This document shows positions 51,553 through 61,930 of a DNA stretch of 64,000 nucleotides, piece after piece (within the stretch, counting starts at the first letter, position 1; every line of letters starts with the position of its first letter). Under the pieces are notes generated by a model. That model had not been told where the DNA came from and searched no databases. It saw only the letters and a list, made by a program, of their open reading frames with translations. Source of the DNA: Oscillospiraceae bacterium. GTDB taxonomy: Bacteria; Bacteroidota; Bacteroidia; Bacteroidales; Bacteroidaceae. The translations under genes and the position numbers were made by a program. Where the stretch lies: positions 66,704 through 130,703 of the forward strand of contig CAVAHD010000003.1 of NCBI GenBank assembly GCA_963588475.1, in the 5' to 3' direction.

Positions 51553-52352
51553 TTAAAGAGAATGCTTTCCGCTGTTTCCGTCGTGATGCGCCCAACTTCC
51601 TCGGCCGTAGTTCCGTAGACTTCTGCGAGCTTGTCTATGACGTGCACGATGTATGCGCTTTCGTTGCGCGAACCTCGGTGGGGAACTGGCGCCATGTAGG
51701 GTGCATCGGTCTCGAGGACGATGCGGTTGAGGGGTACTGCTGTTGCCAGTGTCTCAGGCAGGTTGCTCTTCTTAAATGTCAGCACACCACCGATGCCAAG
51801 GGCGAAGCCGTCGAATGCCAGTAGCTCTTCAGCTTCATGGGCGTTGCCCGTGAAGCAGTGGAAGACGCCTCCTGACAAGCGGCCCTCGTACTTTCTCAGT
51901 ATCTTCACCATCTCGTTCTGCGCCTTGCGGCAGTGAATCATTAGTGGCAGACGGGTCTCTATAGCCCACTGCACCTGCATCTCGAAGGCTGCCAGCTGCT
52001 CAGCTTCGAACTCGCGCGACCAGTAGAAGTCCAGACCTATCTCGCCGATGGCTATCCACGGTCTGCCGTTGCCGGAGTGGTTCGCCTCGTCGGCCTGCAG
52101 CGTACTTTGCATGGCAGCGATGACCTCGGCGTAGTCCGCCCGCACGTCTTCTGGGTGCAAGCCTATCATGCCGTAGCAGTAGTCGGTGAACTGTCTGCAC
52201 ACCGTCTTTATCGTCTCTACGGAAGAGGCGTTGATGCCAGGGACGAAGAGTTTTACTGCTCCGGCATCCTTGGCACGCTGCACTACCTCGGCGAGGTCTT
52301 CTGTGAATTCCTCCCCGTCGATGTGCGTATGAGTATCTATAAACTGTACCAC
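51546..52352 (-). CDS. TatD family hydrolase
   Basis: FIDTHTHID, GEIGLDFYW, HCR and ETDAPYM. Confidence 0.9.
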   Translation of the reverse strand: MVQFIDTHTHIDGEEFTEDLAEVVQRAKDAGAVKLFVPGINASSVETIKTVCRQFTDYCYGMIGLHPEDVRADYAEVIAAMQSTLQADEANHSGNGRPWIAIGEIGLDFYWSREFEAEQLAAFEMQVQWAIETRLPLMIHCRKAQNEMVKILRKYEGRLSGGVFHCFTGNAHEAEELLAFDGFALGIGGVLTFKKSNLPETLATAVPLNRIVLETDAPYMAPVPHRGSRNESAYIVHVIDKLAEVYGTTAEEVGRITTETAESILFNS

Positions 52353-52361
52353 GATAGTGTC

Positions 52362-53330
52362 TTACTTGTTGCGTTTCATCATCTTGGCGGCATACTCACG
52401 GAGGGCAGTCTTGTGCTCCTCCTTCACGTTGACAGCGTCGAGGCAATGTATGGCGGAGGTGTAGTACTCCTCCATCTTTGCTTTTGCCAACTTGTCTATG
52501 CCTACCTTATTATATATAGCAGTGACGGCAGCCACCTTCTCTGCGCGGTCGAACTCCTTAGCGTCAATCCATCGCTGCAGCTCCGCCTTGTCGTCGCCTT
52601 CAGCCTTCAGCAGGGCGTTGATGAGCATATAGGTCTTTTTGTTGTTGCAGATGTCACCGCCGATAGCCTTGCCGAATACTGCCGGGTCACCGTATACGTC
52701 CAGGTAGTCGTCCTGCAGTTGGAACGCCAGTCCCATTGCCTCGCCGAAGCGGTAGAGCAGTTCCACGTCCTTTGCGTCAGCGCCGGCCATGAGTGCGCCT
52801 ATCTTCATTGCGCAGGCGAGCAAGACGCTGGTCTTTAGGCGTATCATCTCAATGTACTCCGCCTCGGTGACGTCGTTGCGGCTTTCGAAGTCCACGTCAT
52901 ACTGCTGACCGTGGTTTATCTCCAGTGCAGTCTGCGTGAACGTGGCGAGCACCTTGGGCATCACCTTCTCCCAACCTTCCACGTCCGACTTCTGCATCCA
53001 CTGGAATGCCAGCACCAGCATGTTGTCGCCGGAGAGGATAGCCGTGTTCTCGTCCCACTTCTTGTGGACGGTGGGCATGCCGCGTCGCACGTCCGCCTTG
53101 TCCATCACGTCGTCGTGGAGGAGTGTGAAGTTGTGGTACGTCTCCAGCGCCACAGCCTGCGGCAGGATGCGCTCTGCGTCGTTGCGCCAGAGGCTGTATG
53201 CCATAGTCATGAGCATGGGGCGTATGCGCTTGCCGCCCAGTGAGAGAACGTAACGGATTGGTTCATAGAGACCGCGCGGCTCAACCTCAAGCGGGAGCTG
53301 TGCAATGTAGGAGTTTATCTTGTCTAACAT
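52362..53330 (-). CDS. polyprenyl diphosphate synthase
   Basis: First and second aspartate-rich motifs are present: LLHDDVMD and QLQDDYLD. Confidence 0.9.
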   Translation of the reverse strand: MLDKINSYIAQLPLEVEPRGLYEPIRYVLSLGGKRIRPMLMTMAYSLWRNDAERILPQAVALETYHNFTLLHDDVMDKADVRRGMPTVHKKWDENTAILSGDNMLVLAFQWMQKSDVEGWEKVMPKVLATFTQTALEINHGQQYDVDFESRNDVTEAEYIEMIRLKTSVLLACAMKIGALMAGADAKDVELLYRFGEAMGLAFQLQDDYLDVYGDPAVFGKAIGGDICNNKKTYMLINALLKAEGDDKAELQRWIDAKEFDRAEKVAAVTAIYNKVGIDKLAKAKMEEYYTSAIHCLDAVNVKEEHKTALREYAAKMMKRNK

Positions 53331-53337
53331 AGTGGAA

Positions 53338-54288
53338 CTATAATGTAAACGATGCGTTGAACATCAGGTTGCTTGTCGTTACGTGTTGTTTGGCGTAGGA
53401 GATGTTTACTGAGAAGCGGTCGAGCAGCAGTCCTGCTCCTACGGTGAATCCGGCTCCGCCCGATGTGGTGCCGTCTTCGCCGTCGCTCACCGTCATAGCC
53501 GAGGCGCGCCGGAAGTTGTAGCCGCCGGCCACGTAGAAGTTCTGCGAGAAGTAGATGTCGGCACCCAGTCGTAGGTGCTGCCAGAAGGAGTAGTCCCAGT
53601 GGGTGAAGTCGTCAATGGTCAGCGATACCCTCACCGGCAGTGACCCCAGTCCCTTTGTTATGCCCACAAGGACGTCTATCGGCATATCCTCAAACTCGTC
53701 GTTGTACGCCGACAGCTGACCGCCGAGGTTCTTTGCTGCGGCAGAGACGGAGAGGTCGTTGTCCTCGTCATAGTAGTTGAGGCCCAAGTCGATGGCGGCT
53801 GCCGTGCTGGAGTAGTTGCCTATCTTTGAATAGACGAACTTCGCGCCGATACCGCCTACCAGTCGCTTTGCCAGCGTGTACGACATGACGGCCTCTATGG
53901 CGAGGTCCGATGGGGAGAAAGTTCCCAGTTCGTTGCCGTATGCATCCATCTCCTTGAGCGTGCCGTAGTTCATGAAGAACATCTGTCCGCCCAGGGTCAT
54001 TTTGTCGTTGATGGCGTGCGTGTATCCAGCGTTGTAGAGGCTTGTTCCGTTGAAGTTGTTCATGTAACCGAGAGAGAGGGTCTTGCTGCTAACGGATGAG
54101 AGCAACGCCGGATTGGACAGCGCCAGCGTGGCGTCGTCCTCTATGATGGAGATGTTCTCGCCGCCCAGTGCCGTGGCGTGTGCGCTGATGGGTATTCTCA
54201 GGAAGTTGAAAACGTTTTGACTTTCCTGGGCCATTGCCGCTATGCACGTTGTGACGGTGAGGAGAAAGGTGAAAATGACTTTATTCAT
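53338..54288 (-). CDS. PorQ-like outer-membrane beta-barrel protein
   Basis: Signal peptide, then FNFLRIPISAHATALGGENISII.DDATLALSNPALL and alternating beta-strand patterns ending in ...MFNASFTL. It resembles the T9SS PorQ family as I recall it. Confidence 0.55.
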   Translation of the reverse strand: MNKVIFTFLLTVTTCIAAMAQESQNVFNFLRIPISAHATALGGENISIIEDDATLALSNPALLSSVSSKTLSLGYMNNFNGTSLYNAGYTHAINDKMTLGGQMFFMNYGTLKEMDAYGNELGTFSPSDLAIEAVMSYTLAKRLVGGIGAKFVYSKIGNYSSTAAAIDLGLNYYDEDNDLSVSAAAKNLGGQLSAYNDEFEDMPIDVLVGITKGLGSLPVRVSLTIDDFTHWDYSFWQHLRLGADIYFSQNFYVAGGYNFRRASAMTVSDGEDGTTSGGAGFTVGAGLLLDRFSVNISYAKQHVTTSNLMFNASFTL

Positions 54289-54417
54289 CGTCGAAATAAC
54301 GTGTACGAAGCGTTTTTATTATCTTGCAACACATCTTTTATCGCGTATAATGGGCGGCAGACGCATTTTTGCCGTTTCAAACTTGTCGTTTTGGGATTAA
54401 AGCACTAACTTTGCAGT

Positions 54418-55122
54418 GTGGAAATCAAGAAGTCATATAAGGCAGACCTTGAGCGCCGTCGTCCGTACGTCTTCGCTGCGTCGCTCGTAGCGGTGACGCT
54501 GTTGTTCGTAGGAGCTCTCTTTGTGCCTTACCGTGACCTTGGCACATGGATACAGGAAATCGTGGAAGACTACGATGCTGACCTCGATATTAAGCCCAAG
54601 CAAAACGACATGATTGCCGCCGACGTGCCGCAGGAGGAAGCCAAGAAGATGCATGAAGGCCAGTCCGAAAAGGTTAACAAGGTGGAAACCGCAACCGACC
54701 TGCTACCGGAGAAGACAGGCGAGGATGCCGAGGAAAAGGCGGGCACCGACGAGGGTACCGACGAGAAGAAGGACGACGATACACCGGCACCGATAAACCT
54801 CAACAACGAGGAGGAGATAAAGATAGCCGAGCAGTTGCCGCAGTATCCAGGCGGCGCGGTGGAGTTCATGAAGTGGCTCACCGCCACGCTGAAATATCCC
54901 GACGAGGCGCTGCAGCGTAAGATAGAAGGCCGCGTCATGGTCAGTTTCATAGTGGAAAAAGACGGTTCGCTCTCCGCGATAAAGGTGGAGAAGGGCATCA
55001 ATAAGCTACTCGACAACGAGGCGTTGCGCGTGATGAGGCTCATGCCGAAATGGACTCCCGGGTCGGAGAAGGGCAAGCCCTGCCGCTCCAAGGTCGCAAT
55101 ACCTATCGTGTTTGAAATATAA
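54418..55122 (+). CDS. energy transducer TonB
   Basis: GTG start, N-terminal transmembrane helix, an acidic E/K/P-rich linker and a C-terminal TonB domain (PQYPGGAVEFMKWL...YPDEALQRKIEGRVMVSFIVEKDGS). Confidence 0.8.
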   Translation: MEIKKSYKADLERRRPYVFAASLVAVTLLFVGALFVPYRDLGTWIQEIVEDYDADLDIKPKQNDMIAADVPQEEAKKMHEGQSEKVNKVETATDLLPEKTGEDAEEKAGTDEGTDEKKDDDTPAPINLNNEEEIKIAEQLPQYPGGAVEFMKWLTATLKYPDEALQRKIEGRVMVSFIVEKDGSLSAIKVEKGINKLLDNEALRVMRLMPKWTPGSEKGKPCRSKVAIPIVFEI

Positions 55123-55146
55123 CTAAACAACTAAAATACAAAAACA

Positions 55147-56163
55147 ATGGAAAACTTAGACTGGGGTAACCTTGGCTTTGGCTACCGTAAAACCAACTAC
55201 AACGTACGTTGCTACTACCGCGACGGTAAATGGGGAGAAATAGAAGTTTCTTCTGACGAACACATCAAGATGCACATGGCTGCTACCTGCCTCCACTACG
55301 GTCAGGAAGCATTTGAAGGCTTGAAGGCTTACCGCTGCCCGGACGGCAAGGTGCGCGTGTTCCGTACAGACGAGAACGCTGCACGTCTGCAGTCAACCTG
55401 CCGCGGCATCCTCATGCCCGAACTGCCTACAGAACTCTTCAATGAGATGGTAGACAAGGTGGTGCGCCTCAATCAGGAGTTCATCCCACCATACGAGAGC
55501 GGCGCTACGCTCTACATCCGTCCGCTGCTGGTAGGCATGTCAGCCCAGGTAGGCGTACACCCTGCCACGGAGTATATGTTCCTCATCTTCGTCACACCGG
55601 TAGGTCCATACTTCAAGGGCGGCTTCTTCGCCAACCCATACGTCATCATCCGCGACCACGATCGTTCCGCTCCGCTCGGCACAGGTATATATAAGGTAGG
55701 CGGCAACTACGCTGCTTCCCTCCTTGCCAACCAGAAGGCACACGAACTGGGCTACGCCTGCGAGTTCTACCTCGACGCCAAGGAGAAGAAGTACATCGAC
55801 GAGGCTGGCGCTGCCAACTTCTTCGGTATCAAGAACAATACGTACATCACTCCTAAGTCTACGTCCATCCTTCCTTCCATCACGAACAAGTCGCTCATGC
55901 AGCTGGCTGAGGACATGGGGCTGAAGGTGGAGCGTCGCCAGATACCGGAAGAGGAGCTGGAGACCTTCGAGGAGGCCGGTGCTTGCGGCACGGCAGCCGT
56001 CATCTCTCCTATCTCTTACATCGACGACGTAGAGACAGGCAAGCGTTATGACTTCGGCGAGAAGCCGGGTCCTATCAGCGAGAAGCTCTTCACTAAGCTG
56101 CGCAACATTCAGTACGGCATCGAAGAGGACGTACACGGCTGGACCCGCGTCGTAGTAGAATAA
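55147..56163 (+). CDS. ilvE: branched-chain amino acid aminotransferase
   Basis: Class IV aminotransferase pattern: HYGQEAFEGLKAYR, LYIRP, KVGGNYAASL and GACGTAAVISPI. Confidence 0.9.
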   Translation: MENLDWGNLGFGYRKTNYNVRCYYRDGKWGEIEVSSDEHIKMHMAATCLHYGQEAFEGLKAYRCPDGKVRVFRTDENAARLQSTCRGILMPELPTELFNEMVDKVVRLNQEFIPPYESGATLYIRPLLVGMSAQVGVHPATEYMFLIFVTPVGPYFKGGFFANPYVIIRDHDRSAPLGTGIYKVGGNYAASLLANQKAHELGYACEFYLDAKEKKYIDEAGAANFFGIKNNTYITPKSTSILPSITNKSLMQLAEDMGLKVERRQIPEEELETFEEAGACGTAAVISPISYIDDVETGKRYDFGEKPGPISEKLFTKLRNIQYGIEEDVHGWTRVVVE

Positions 56164-56199
56164 CTTGTACACACCAATAAATAGATTCAGAATAAAGCT

Positions 56200-56462
56200 C
56201 CGGCTTAACGTGAATAGACATTGAGCCAATGAGCACTTTAACGCTGATTGCACGTTTAACGTTAATTGCCGTTAATTGCCCGTTAATTCATCATTAATTT
56301 TATGTTAGTAAAACATCAACCACTCATTAAAAATTAATGAACAATTAACGGTCAATTAATGGCAATTAATGTTTAAAAATATCTTCACGTCAATTAATGT
56401 TTAAAAGTCTCTTCATGTCAATTACCGTTAAAAGTCTCTTCACGTCAATTACCGTTTATAAA
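56200..56462. repeat. second copy of the TTAATTG composite palindromic element, plus a 28-nt tandem array
   Basis: Arms at 56258-56299 and 56332-56383 begin with the same AACGTTAATTGCCGTTAATTG as the element at 26126. About three tandem units GTTTAAAAGTCTCTTCACGTCAATTAC lie at 56380-56462. Confidence 0.7.
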
Positions 56463-56467
56463 GAAGC

Positions 56468-57238
56468 ATGAGTAAAGGAAAACTGGCGAAATTCGCAGAC
56501 ATGGAACGCTACGAAAACGTGTTCCAGTATCCCTTTAGTGTAGTCGACAATGTGCCCTTCGACATGAAAGGCCATTGGCGCGAACAGTATTTTCATAATG
56601 ACAACCCCATAGTGCTCGAGCTCGGTTGCGGCAAGGGCGAATATACCGTGGAACTGGCGCAGCTCTTCCCCGACGTCAACTTCATCGGTGTCGACATCAA
56701 GGGTGCCCGCATGTGGACCGGTGCTACGCTGGCACTCGAGAAGGGGCTGAAGAACGTGGCCTTCCTGCGCACGGGCATAGAGATAATAGACCGCTTCTTC
56801 TCCGAGGACGAAGTGCAGGAGATATGGCTCACCTTCTCTGACCCGCAGATGAAGAACCCGCGCAAGCGTCTCACGTCCACATACTTCATGGAGCGTTACC
56901 GCAAGTTCCTCGTGGACGGCGGCATAGTGCACCTGAAGACCGACTCCAACTTCCTGTTCACCTACACCTCATACATGGTGGATGTGAACAAGCTGCCGCT
57001 GCTCTTCCGCACCACAGACCTGTACCACCAGGCGGACATCGACGCAGAGACGCAGCGCATCCTCTCCATCCAGACCTACTACGAGAAGATGTGGATAGAG
57101 CGCGGTCTGAACATCAAATACCAGAAGTTCCAGTTGCCCCGCACTGCGCCCCTCGTGGAGCCCGACGTGGAGATAGAACTCGACGACTACCGCTCGTACC
57201 ACCGCGACAAGCGTTCCTCGCTTGACAAAGCAAAATAG
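56468..57238 (+). CDS. trmB: tRNA (guanine-N7)-methyltransferase
   Basis: [34 protein letters not shown] and FSDPQMK. Confidence 0.9.
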   Translation: MSKGKLAKFADMERYENVFQYPFSVVDNVPFDMKGHWREQYFHNDNPIVLELGCGKGEYTVELAQLFPDVNFIGVDIKGARMWTGATLALEKGLKNVAFLRTGIEIIDRFFSEDEVQEIWLTFSDPQMKNPRKRLTSTYFMERYRKFLVDGGIVHLKTDSNFLFTYTSYMVDVNKLPLLFRTTDLYHQADIDAETQRILSIQTYYEKMWIERGLNIKYQKFQLPRTAPLVEPDVEIELDDYRSYHRDKRSSLDKAK

Positions 57239-57308
57239 AATTCAATAGAGTTCATCGCTCGAAAAAACAGTAAAGTTCATCGCTCGACAAAGCCAAATAG
57301 CAGAAGAC

Positions 57309-58142
57309 ATGAATACACCAAAATCGTTACAGGCACTGCCTGTCCACCAGGCTGCCTACCAGGCCCAGCTGGCGCGCCTACCTTATTATAATATGGTGCG
57401 CCCGGTAGTGGAAACCTTCCTGAAGAAGATAATAGACTGCGGAGCGTTCTACCTGCGTGTGCACGTGCAGAACCTCGACGGCATCCTGGAGTCGCGCCGC
57501 CTCAAGAGTGTCATGGAGACAGGACAGGGAGCCACCAACGGCGGCAAGGAGACGCGCCGTGAGGTGACGGAGGCTCTCTTCGGCTGCAAGGTCAACAAGC
57601 TTCTACCGAGCGAGTTCCCCAAATACGGTTTCCTCTCCCAGCCGGATGCCGTGAAGGACCTCTACGTCAACGGCGGCATGTGGTGCCAGTACGGCGACGT
57701 CTCCATACAGTTGAAGAAGGAACGCCTCCTGCACCGCACTACGCTCACCGTGGGCGACTCCGTCAACTTCGGCCGCTGCTACCAGATGATTCCCACCCGT
57801 GTGGACGACGTGAAGGCAACCTGCATCTGCGGTCTCAAGCACCACGGCGAACCGTTCATGCAGATGCCGGACCCCGTGGTGGCATACGCCATCTTCGCCC
57901 AGTGGATACTGGAGCGCAAGCTGACCGTGAACAACTTCCCCCTACTGGAGGAGGTTGCAAGGGACGTGCCGCCCATCTTCGAGTTCTTCGAGCTGCAGTA
58001 CCACGGCGACATCGATATCACGCAGGACGTGGAGCGCATCGACATCTCGCCGTCCTCGCCAGAGGAAAAGGAAAAACTGGAGGAGTACAAGAAGAAGTTC
58101 GAAGCCATAGGCGTGAAGTTCTTCATCAACGAAGGGCTGTAG
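57309..58142 (+). CDS. conserved hypothetical protein (possibly DUF3626)
   Basis: 277-aa ORF with ordinary composition. The family assignment is from memory only. Confidence 0.6.
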   Translation: MNTPKSLQALPVHQAAYQAQLARLPYYNMVRPVVETFLKKIIDCGAFYLRVHVQNLDGILESRRLKSVMETGQGATNGGKETRREVTEALFGCKVNKLLPSEFPKYGFLSQPDAVKDLYVNGGMWCQYGDVSIQLKKERLLHRTTLTVGDSVNFGRCYQMIPTRVDDVKATCICGLKHHGEPFMQMPDPVVAYAIFAQWILERKLTVNNFPLLEEVARDVPPIFEFFELQYHGDIDITQDVERIDISPSSPEEKEKLEEYKKKFEAIGVKFFINEGL

Positions 58143-58199
58143 ACGTGTATGCAAACTAACTAACTAACCTAAGTATAACTACAAACCAAACAAAAATCA

Positions 58200-59336
58200 A
58201 TGAAAATCAGATTTGGAAAGGCAGTGCTGCTGGCCTCTACGCTTTTGTTCTCCGTCGTGGGAATAAGTTGCGGCAGCGACGATAATGACGTAGTAAAACC
58301 AACCATTCCTTCTGAAAAGGAGCCGGATAAGGATACTGATAAGGACTCTGATAAGACCTACGACATGACGGGCTTTGCCAAAGGTGCTGACGTAAGCTGG
58401 TTGACCGAGATGGAGAAGGACGGTGTCAAGTTCTACACAAAGGACGGCAAAGAGCAGGAGTGCATGTCGTTGCTCCGCGACCTCGGCACCAACTCCATCC
58501 GCCTTCGCGTATGGGTGAACCCCGACGGGGGCTGGTGCGGAAAGGACGATGTCGTGGCCAAGGCATTGCGCGCCCAGCAACTAGGATTCCGCATCATGAT
58601 AGACTTCCACTACTCCGACACATGGGCTGACCCCAGTAACCAAACTGTGCCGGCGGATTGGAAGGATTGTGATGCCGACCAGCTGAAGAAGGCCGTGGCC
58701 GACCACACCACGGAGGTGCTCTCCGCCTTAAAGGCCAAGGGCGTGACCAACGTGGAGTGGGTGCAGGTAGGCAACGAGACTCCCGACGGAATGCTTTGGA
58801 ACGATGACAATACTACGGTGACAGGCAAGGCCTCCAAGAATGCCAAGAATTATGCCGCATATGAGTTGGCTGGCTATAATGCCGTAAAGGCTGTCTATCC
58901 AGATGCTAAGGTCGTAGTGCATATCGACCAAGGCAACAAGCTCGACCGATTCACTTGGATTTTCGACCTGCTCAAGAACAATGGCGGCAAGTGGGATGTC
59001 ATCGGCATGTCGCTCTATCCAGAGGATAGCGATTGGCAGACACTTACCGACAACTGCCTGTTGAACATCAAGACCTTGTCCAGCAAGTACAACTGTAATG
59101 TTGTTGTCTCTGAGGTGGGAATGTGGTGGCAGTCTACCAATGCAGCTTCTATGATGAAGAAGATGGTGGATGGCTGCAAGACAATTACCGTTTGCGAGGG
59201 CATATTCTATTGGGAGCCGGAGGTCTACAACAACTGGAAGCCGGCCAACTATACAACCCTTGGCTGGAATGCCTATACCAAGGGAGCCTTCGACAACAGT
59301 GGCAAGCCAACGGCAGTATTTGATGCATACAAGTGA
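58200..59336 (+). CDS. arabinogalactan endo-beta-1,4-galactanase (GH53) lipoprotein
   Basis: Lipobox VVGISC, then GADVSWLTEME, IRLRVWVNP, VQVGNE and VSEVG. Confidence 0.85.
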   Translation: MKIRFGKAVLLASTLLFSVVGISCGSDDNDVVKPTIPSEKEPDKDTDKDSDKTYDMTGFAKGADVSWLTEMEKDGVKFYTKDGKEQECMSLLRDLGTNSIRLRVWVNPDGGWCGKDDVVAKALRAQQLGFRIMIDFHYSDTWADPSNQTVPADWKDCDADQLKKAVADHTTEVLSALKAKGVTNVEWVQVGNETPDGMLWNDDNTTVTGKASKNAKNYAAYELAGYNAVKAVYPDAKVVVHIDQGNKLDRFTWIFDLLKNNGGKWDVIGMSLYPEDSDWQTLTDNCLLNIKTLSSKYNCNVVVSEVGMWWQSTNAASMMKKMVDGCKTITVCEGIFYWEPEVYNNWKPANYTTLGWNAYTKGAFDNSGKPTAVFDAYK

Positions 59337-59380
59337 TGCCACAGTCATTTACTAACTGAAACATACTATACAACCAAGAT

Positions 59381-61849
59381 ATGATACATACAGGGAAAAT
59401 ATTGACAACGGCAACCCTCGCCATGGCACTCTCAGCAATGTGCCAGGCGCAGAGCCGTAAGATAGTTAACTTGCCGTCGTGGGACTTCTCCCGCGACGGC
59501 AAGTCGTGGTCGCAAGTGGCCGTGCCGCACGACTGGGCCATCGCCGGGCCCTTCGACAAGAAATGGGACCTCCAGATGGTAGCCATCGAGCAGAACGGCG
59601 AGAAGGAAAAGACGGAGAAGTCCGGCCGCTCCGGAGCCCTGCCTTGGATAGGCGAGGGCATGTACCGTATGAACTGGACAGCCCCGAAGGGCTACAAGCG
59701 TGCCGTCCTCGTCTTCGACGGTGCCATGAGCCAACCCGTGGTGAGCGTCAACGGCAAGGAAGCTGGCAGATGGGCTTACGGCTACAACGCCTTCCGCATA
59801 GACATCACGCCATACATACAGTTTGGTAAGAGCAACCTCATCGAGGTGCACCTCCAAAACGTGGAGGAGAGCAGCCGATGGTACCCCGGCGGCGGACTGT
59901 ACCGCCCCGTCACCGTAGAGCTTTATGGCAACGAGAACTTCTCCACTTGGGACACCTTCGTGCGCACCCTCTCTGCATCTAAGGCTGAGGCCGAGCTGGA
60001 GGTGAGCGCACGTCTGGAGGGCAAGACGGGGAAGAGCGGCAAGACCGTCATCTCGCTGACCGATGCCCATGGCAATGCCGTGGCACAACAGACCCTTGAC
60101 GGTGCTACACCCGAGATAAAGACAACGCTGAAGGTGCAGAACCCACAACTGTGGTCGCCGGAGTCTCCTTATATATATAAGGTAAAGCTCACCCGTTACG
60201 ATGGCAAGAAGATTGTCGACGAGCAGACCGTGAAGACTGGCATCCGCACCATCGCCGTCTCTAAGCACGGCGGATTTCAGCTCAACGGCGTTACTCGCAA
60301 GATAAAGGGTGTCTGCCTGCATCACGACCTCGGCCCTCTTGGCGCTGCCGAGAACAAGGCCGCCCTCATCCGTCAGATAAAGATGATGAAGGCGATGGGC
60401 TGCGATGCCATACGTACCGCGCACAATATGCCTAGCACCATGCAGATGGAGATATGCGACTCCCTCGGCATGATGGTGATGGCCGAGAGCTTCGACATGT
60501 GGATATACCCCAAGTGCAAGAACGGCTACGCCAAATTCTTCAAGGACTGGAGCGACAAGGACATCACCAACCTCGTCATGCACCACCGCAACCACCCGAG
60601 CATCATAATGTGGAGTATCGGCAACGAGATTCCCGAGCAGTGGAGCAAGGAGGGTCAGCAGATAGCCCAGCACCTGCAGAACCTCTGCCACCAGTTGGAC
60701 CCCTCGCGCCCCGTGACGCAAGGAATGGACAAGGCTGAGGCTGCGCTGAAGAGCGGTTTCGCACAGACTATGGACGTGCCTGGCTTCAACTACCGCGTAC
60801 ACAAGTACACAAAGAGTATCGAGCAGTTGCCGCAGGGCTTCCTTCTAGGTTCGGAGACGGCATCTACGGTCAGCTCGCGCGGTGTGTACAAGTTCCCCGT
60901 GGAGGTACGCTATAAGGACAATGTGCCGTACTCTGACGGTCAGTGCAGCAGCTACGACACGGAGTACTGCTCGTGGAGCAACGTGCCCGACGACGACTGG
61001 CGGATGCAGGACGACTACAGCTGGGTAATCGGCGAGTTCGTCTGGACTGGCTACGACTACCTCGGCGAGCCGTCACCCTACGACACCTATTGGCCGTCGC
61101 GCAGCAGCTACTTCGGCATTTGCGACCTAGCCGGACTGCCCAAGGACCGCTACTACCTCTATCGTGCACGCTGGAACGAGCAAGAGCATACCACCCATCT
61201 GCTGCCGCACTGGAACTGGCAGGGACGCGAAGGACAGGTGACCCCCGTCTACTGCTATACCGACGGCGTGGAGGGTGAGCTCTTCGTCAACGGCAAGAGT
61301 CAGGGACGTGTCCGCAAGGACAAATCCAGCCGTATGGACCGCTACCGCCTACGTTGGAACGACGTAAAGTATGAGCCGGGCGAGATTCGCGTTGTCACCT
61401 ACAACCAGTATGGCGACAAGGTAGGCGAGGACGTGCGCCGCACCGCCGGAGAACCAACCCAGATGCTGCTGACCGCCGAGTGCCCCGACAATGTAGACTC
61501 ACAGATAGCCTGCATGGTGGAAGGATGCGACGAAGTGCATGGCACGAGCCTCAAGGCCGACGGCAACGACTTAGCCTTCATTACGGTAAGCCTCCTCGAC
61601 AAGGATGGCAACGAATGTCCCCTTGCCGACGACGAGCTGACCTTCGAGGTGACCGGAGCCGGCACGTTCAAGGCTGCCTGCAATGGCGATGCCACCTCAC
61701 TCGAACCCTTCACGGAGCCGCGTATGAAGCTCTTCTCCGGCAAGCTCGTAGTAATCATTCAGAGCAAGACGCAGAAGGGCGACATCACTCTGAAGGTGAA
61801 GGATGCCAAGCGAAGCCTCGAAAAGACGCTTACGCTCAAGGCTATATAA
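59381..61849 (+). CDS. glycoside hydrolase family 2 (beta-galactosidase-like)
   Basis: Signal peptide followed by GH2 sugar-binding, Ig-like and TIM-barrel regions (CDAIRTAHN, WSIGNEI, SETAST). Confidence 0.85.
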   Translation: MIHTGKILTTATLAMALSAMCQAQSRKIVNLPSWDFSRDGKSWSQVAVPHDWAIAGPFDKKWDLQMVAIEQNGEKEKTEKSGRSGALPWIGEGMYRMNWTAPKGYKRAVLVFDGAMSQPVVSVNGKEAGRWAYGYNAFRIDITPYIQFGKSNLIEVHLQNVEESSRWYPGGGLYRPVTVELYGNENFSTWDTFVRTLSASKAEAELEVSARLEGKTGKSGKTVISLTDAHGNAVAQQTLDGATPEIKTTLKVQNPQLWSPESPYIYKVKLTRYDGKKIVDEQTVKTGIRTIAVSKHGGFQLNGVTRKIKGVCLHHDLGPLGAAENKAALIRQIKMMKAMGCDAIRTAHNMPSTMQMEICDSLGMMVMAESFDMWIYPKCKNGYAKFFKDWSDKDITNLVMHHRNHPSIIMWSIGNEIPEQWSKEGQQIAQHLQNLCHQLDPSRPVTQGMDKAEAALKSGFAQTMDVPGFNYRVHKYTKSIEQLPQGFLLGSETASTVSSRGVYKFPVEVRYKDNVPYSDGQCSSYDTEYCSWSNVPDDDWRMQDDYSWVIGEFVWTGYDYLGEPSPYDTYWPSRSSYFGICDLAGLPKDRYYLYRARWNEQEHTTHLLPHWNWQGREGQVTPVYCYTDGVEGELFVNGKSQGRVRKDKSSRMDRYRLRWNDVKYEPGEIRVVTYNQYGDKVGEDVRRTAGEPTQMLLTAECPDNVDSQIACMVEGCDEVHGTSLKADGNDLAFITVSLLDKDGNECPLADDELTFEVTGAGTFKAACNGDATSLEPFTEPRMKLFSGKLVVIIQSKTQKGDITLKVKDAKRSLEKTLTLKAI

Positions 61850-61870
61850 TCATAAAATTAGGAAAAAGCT

Positions 61871-61930
61871 AAGCGCTTTCATGCATGCATGGATAATATC
61901 TATCTGATGCACGCGTGAAAGCGCTTTTTT
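61871..61930. terminator. bidirectional rho-independent terminator
   Basis: AAGCGCTTTCA-N34-TGAAAGCGCTT has T runs on both strands. It lies between the convergent GH2 and topB stops. Confidence 0.65.

Noticed and set aside
59432-60802. 456-aa antisense ORF inside the GH2 gene
   Set aside because: It is a shadow ORF with a biased Leu/Val/Ala/Gly/His composition and no motifs, whereas the sense frame has GH2 signatures. The same reasoning applies to the antisense and alternate-frame ORFs at 26254-27042, 27223-28077, 28535-29167, 29347-30264, 31421-32089, 32535-33188, 36795-37484 and 40268-40804.
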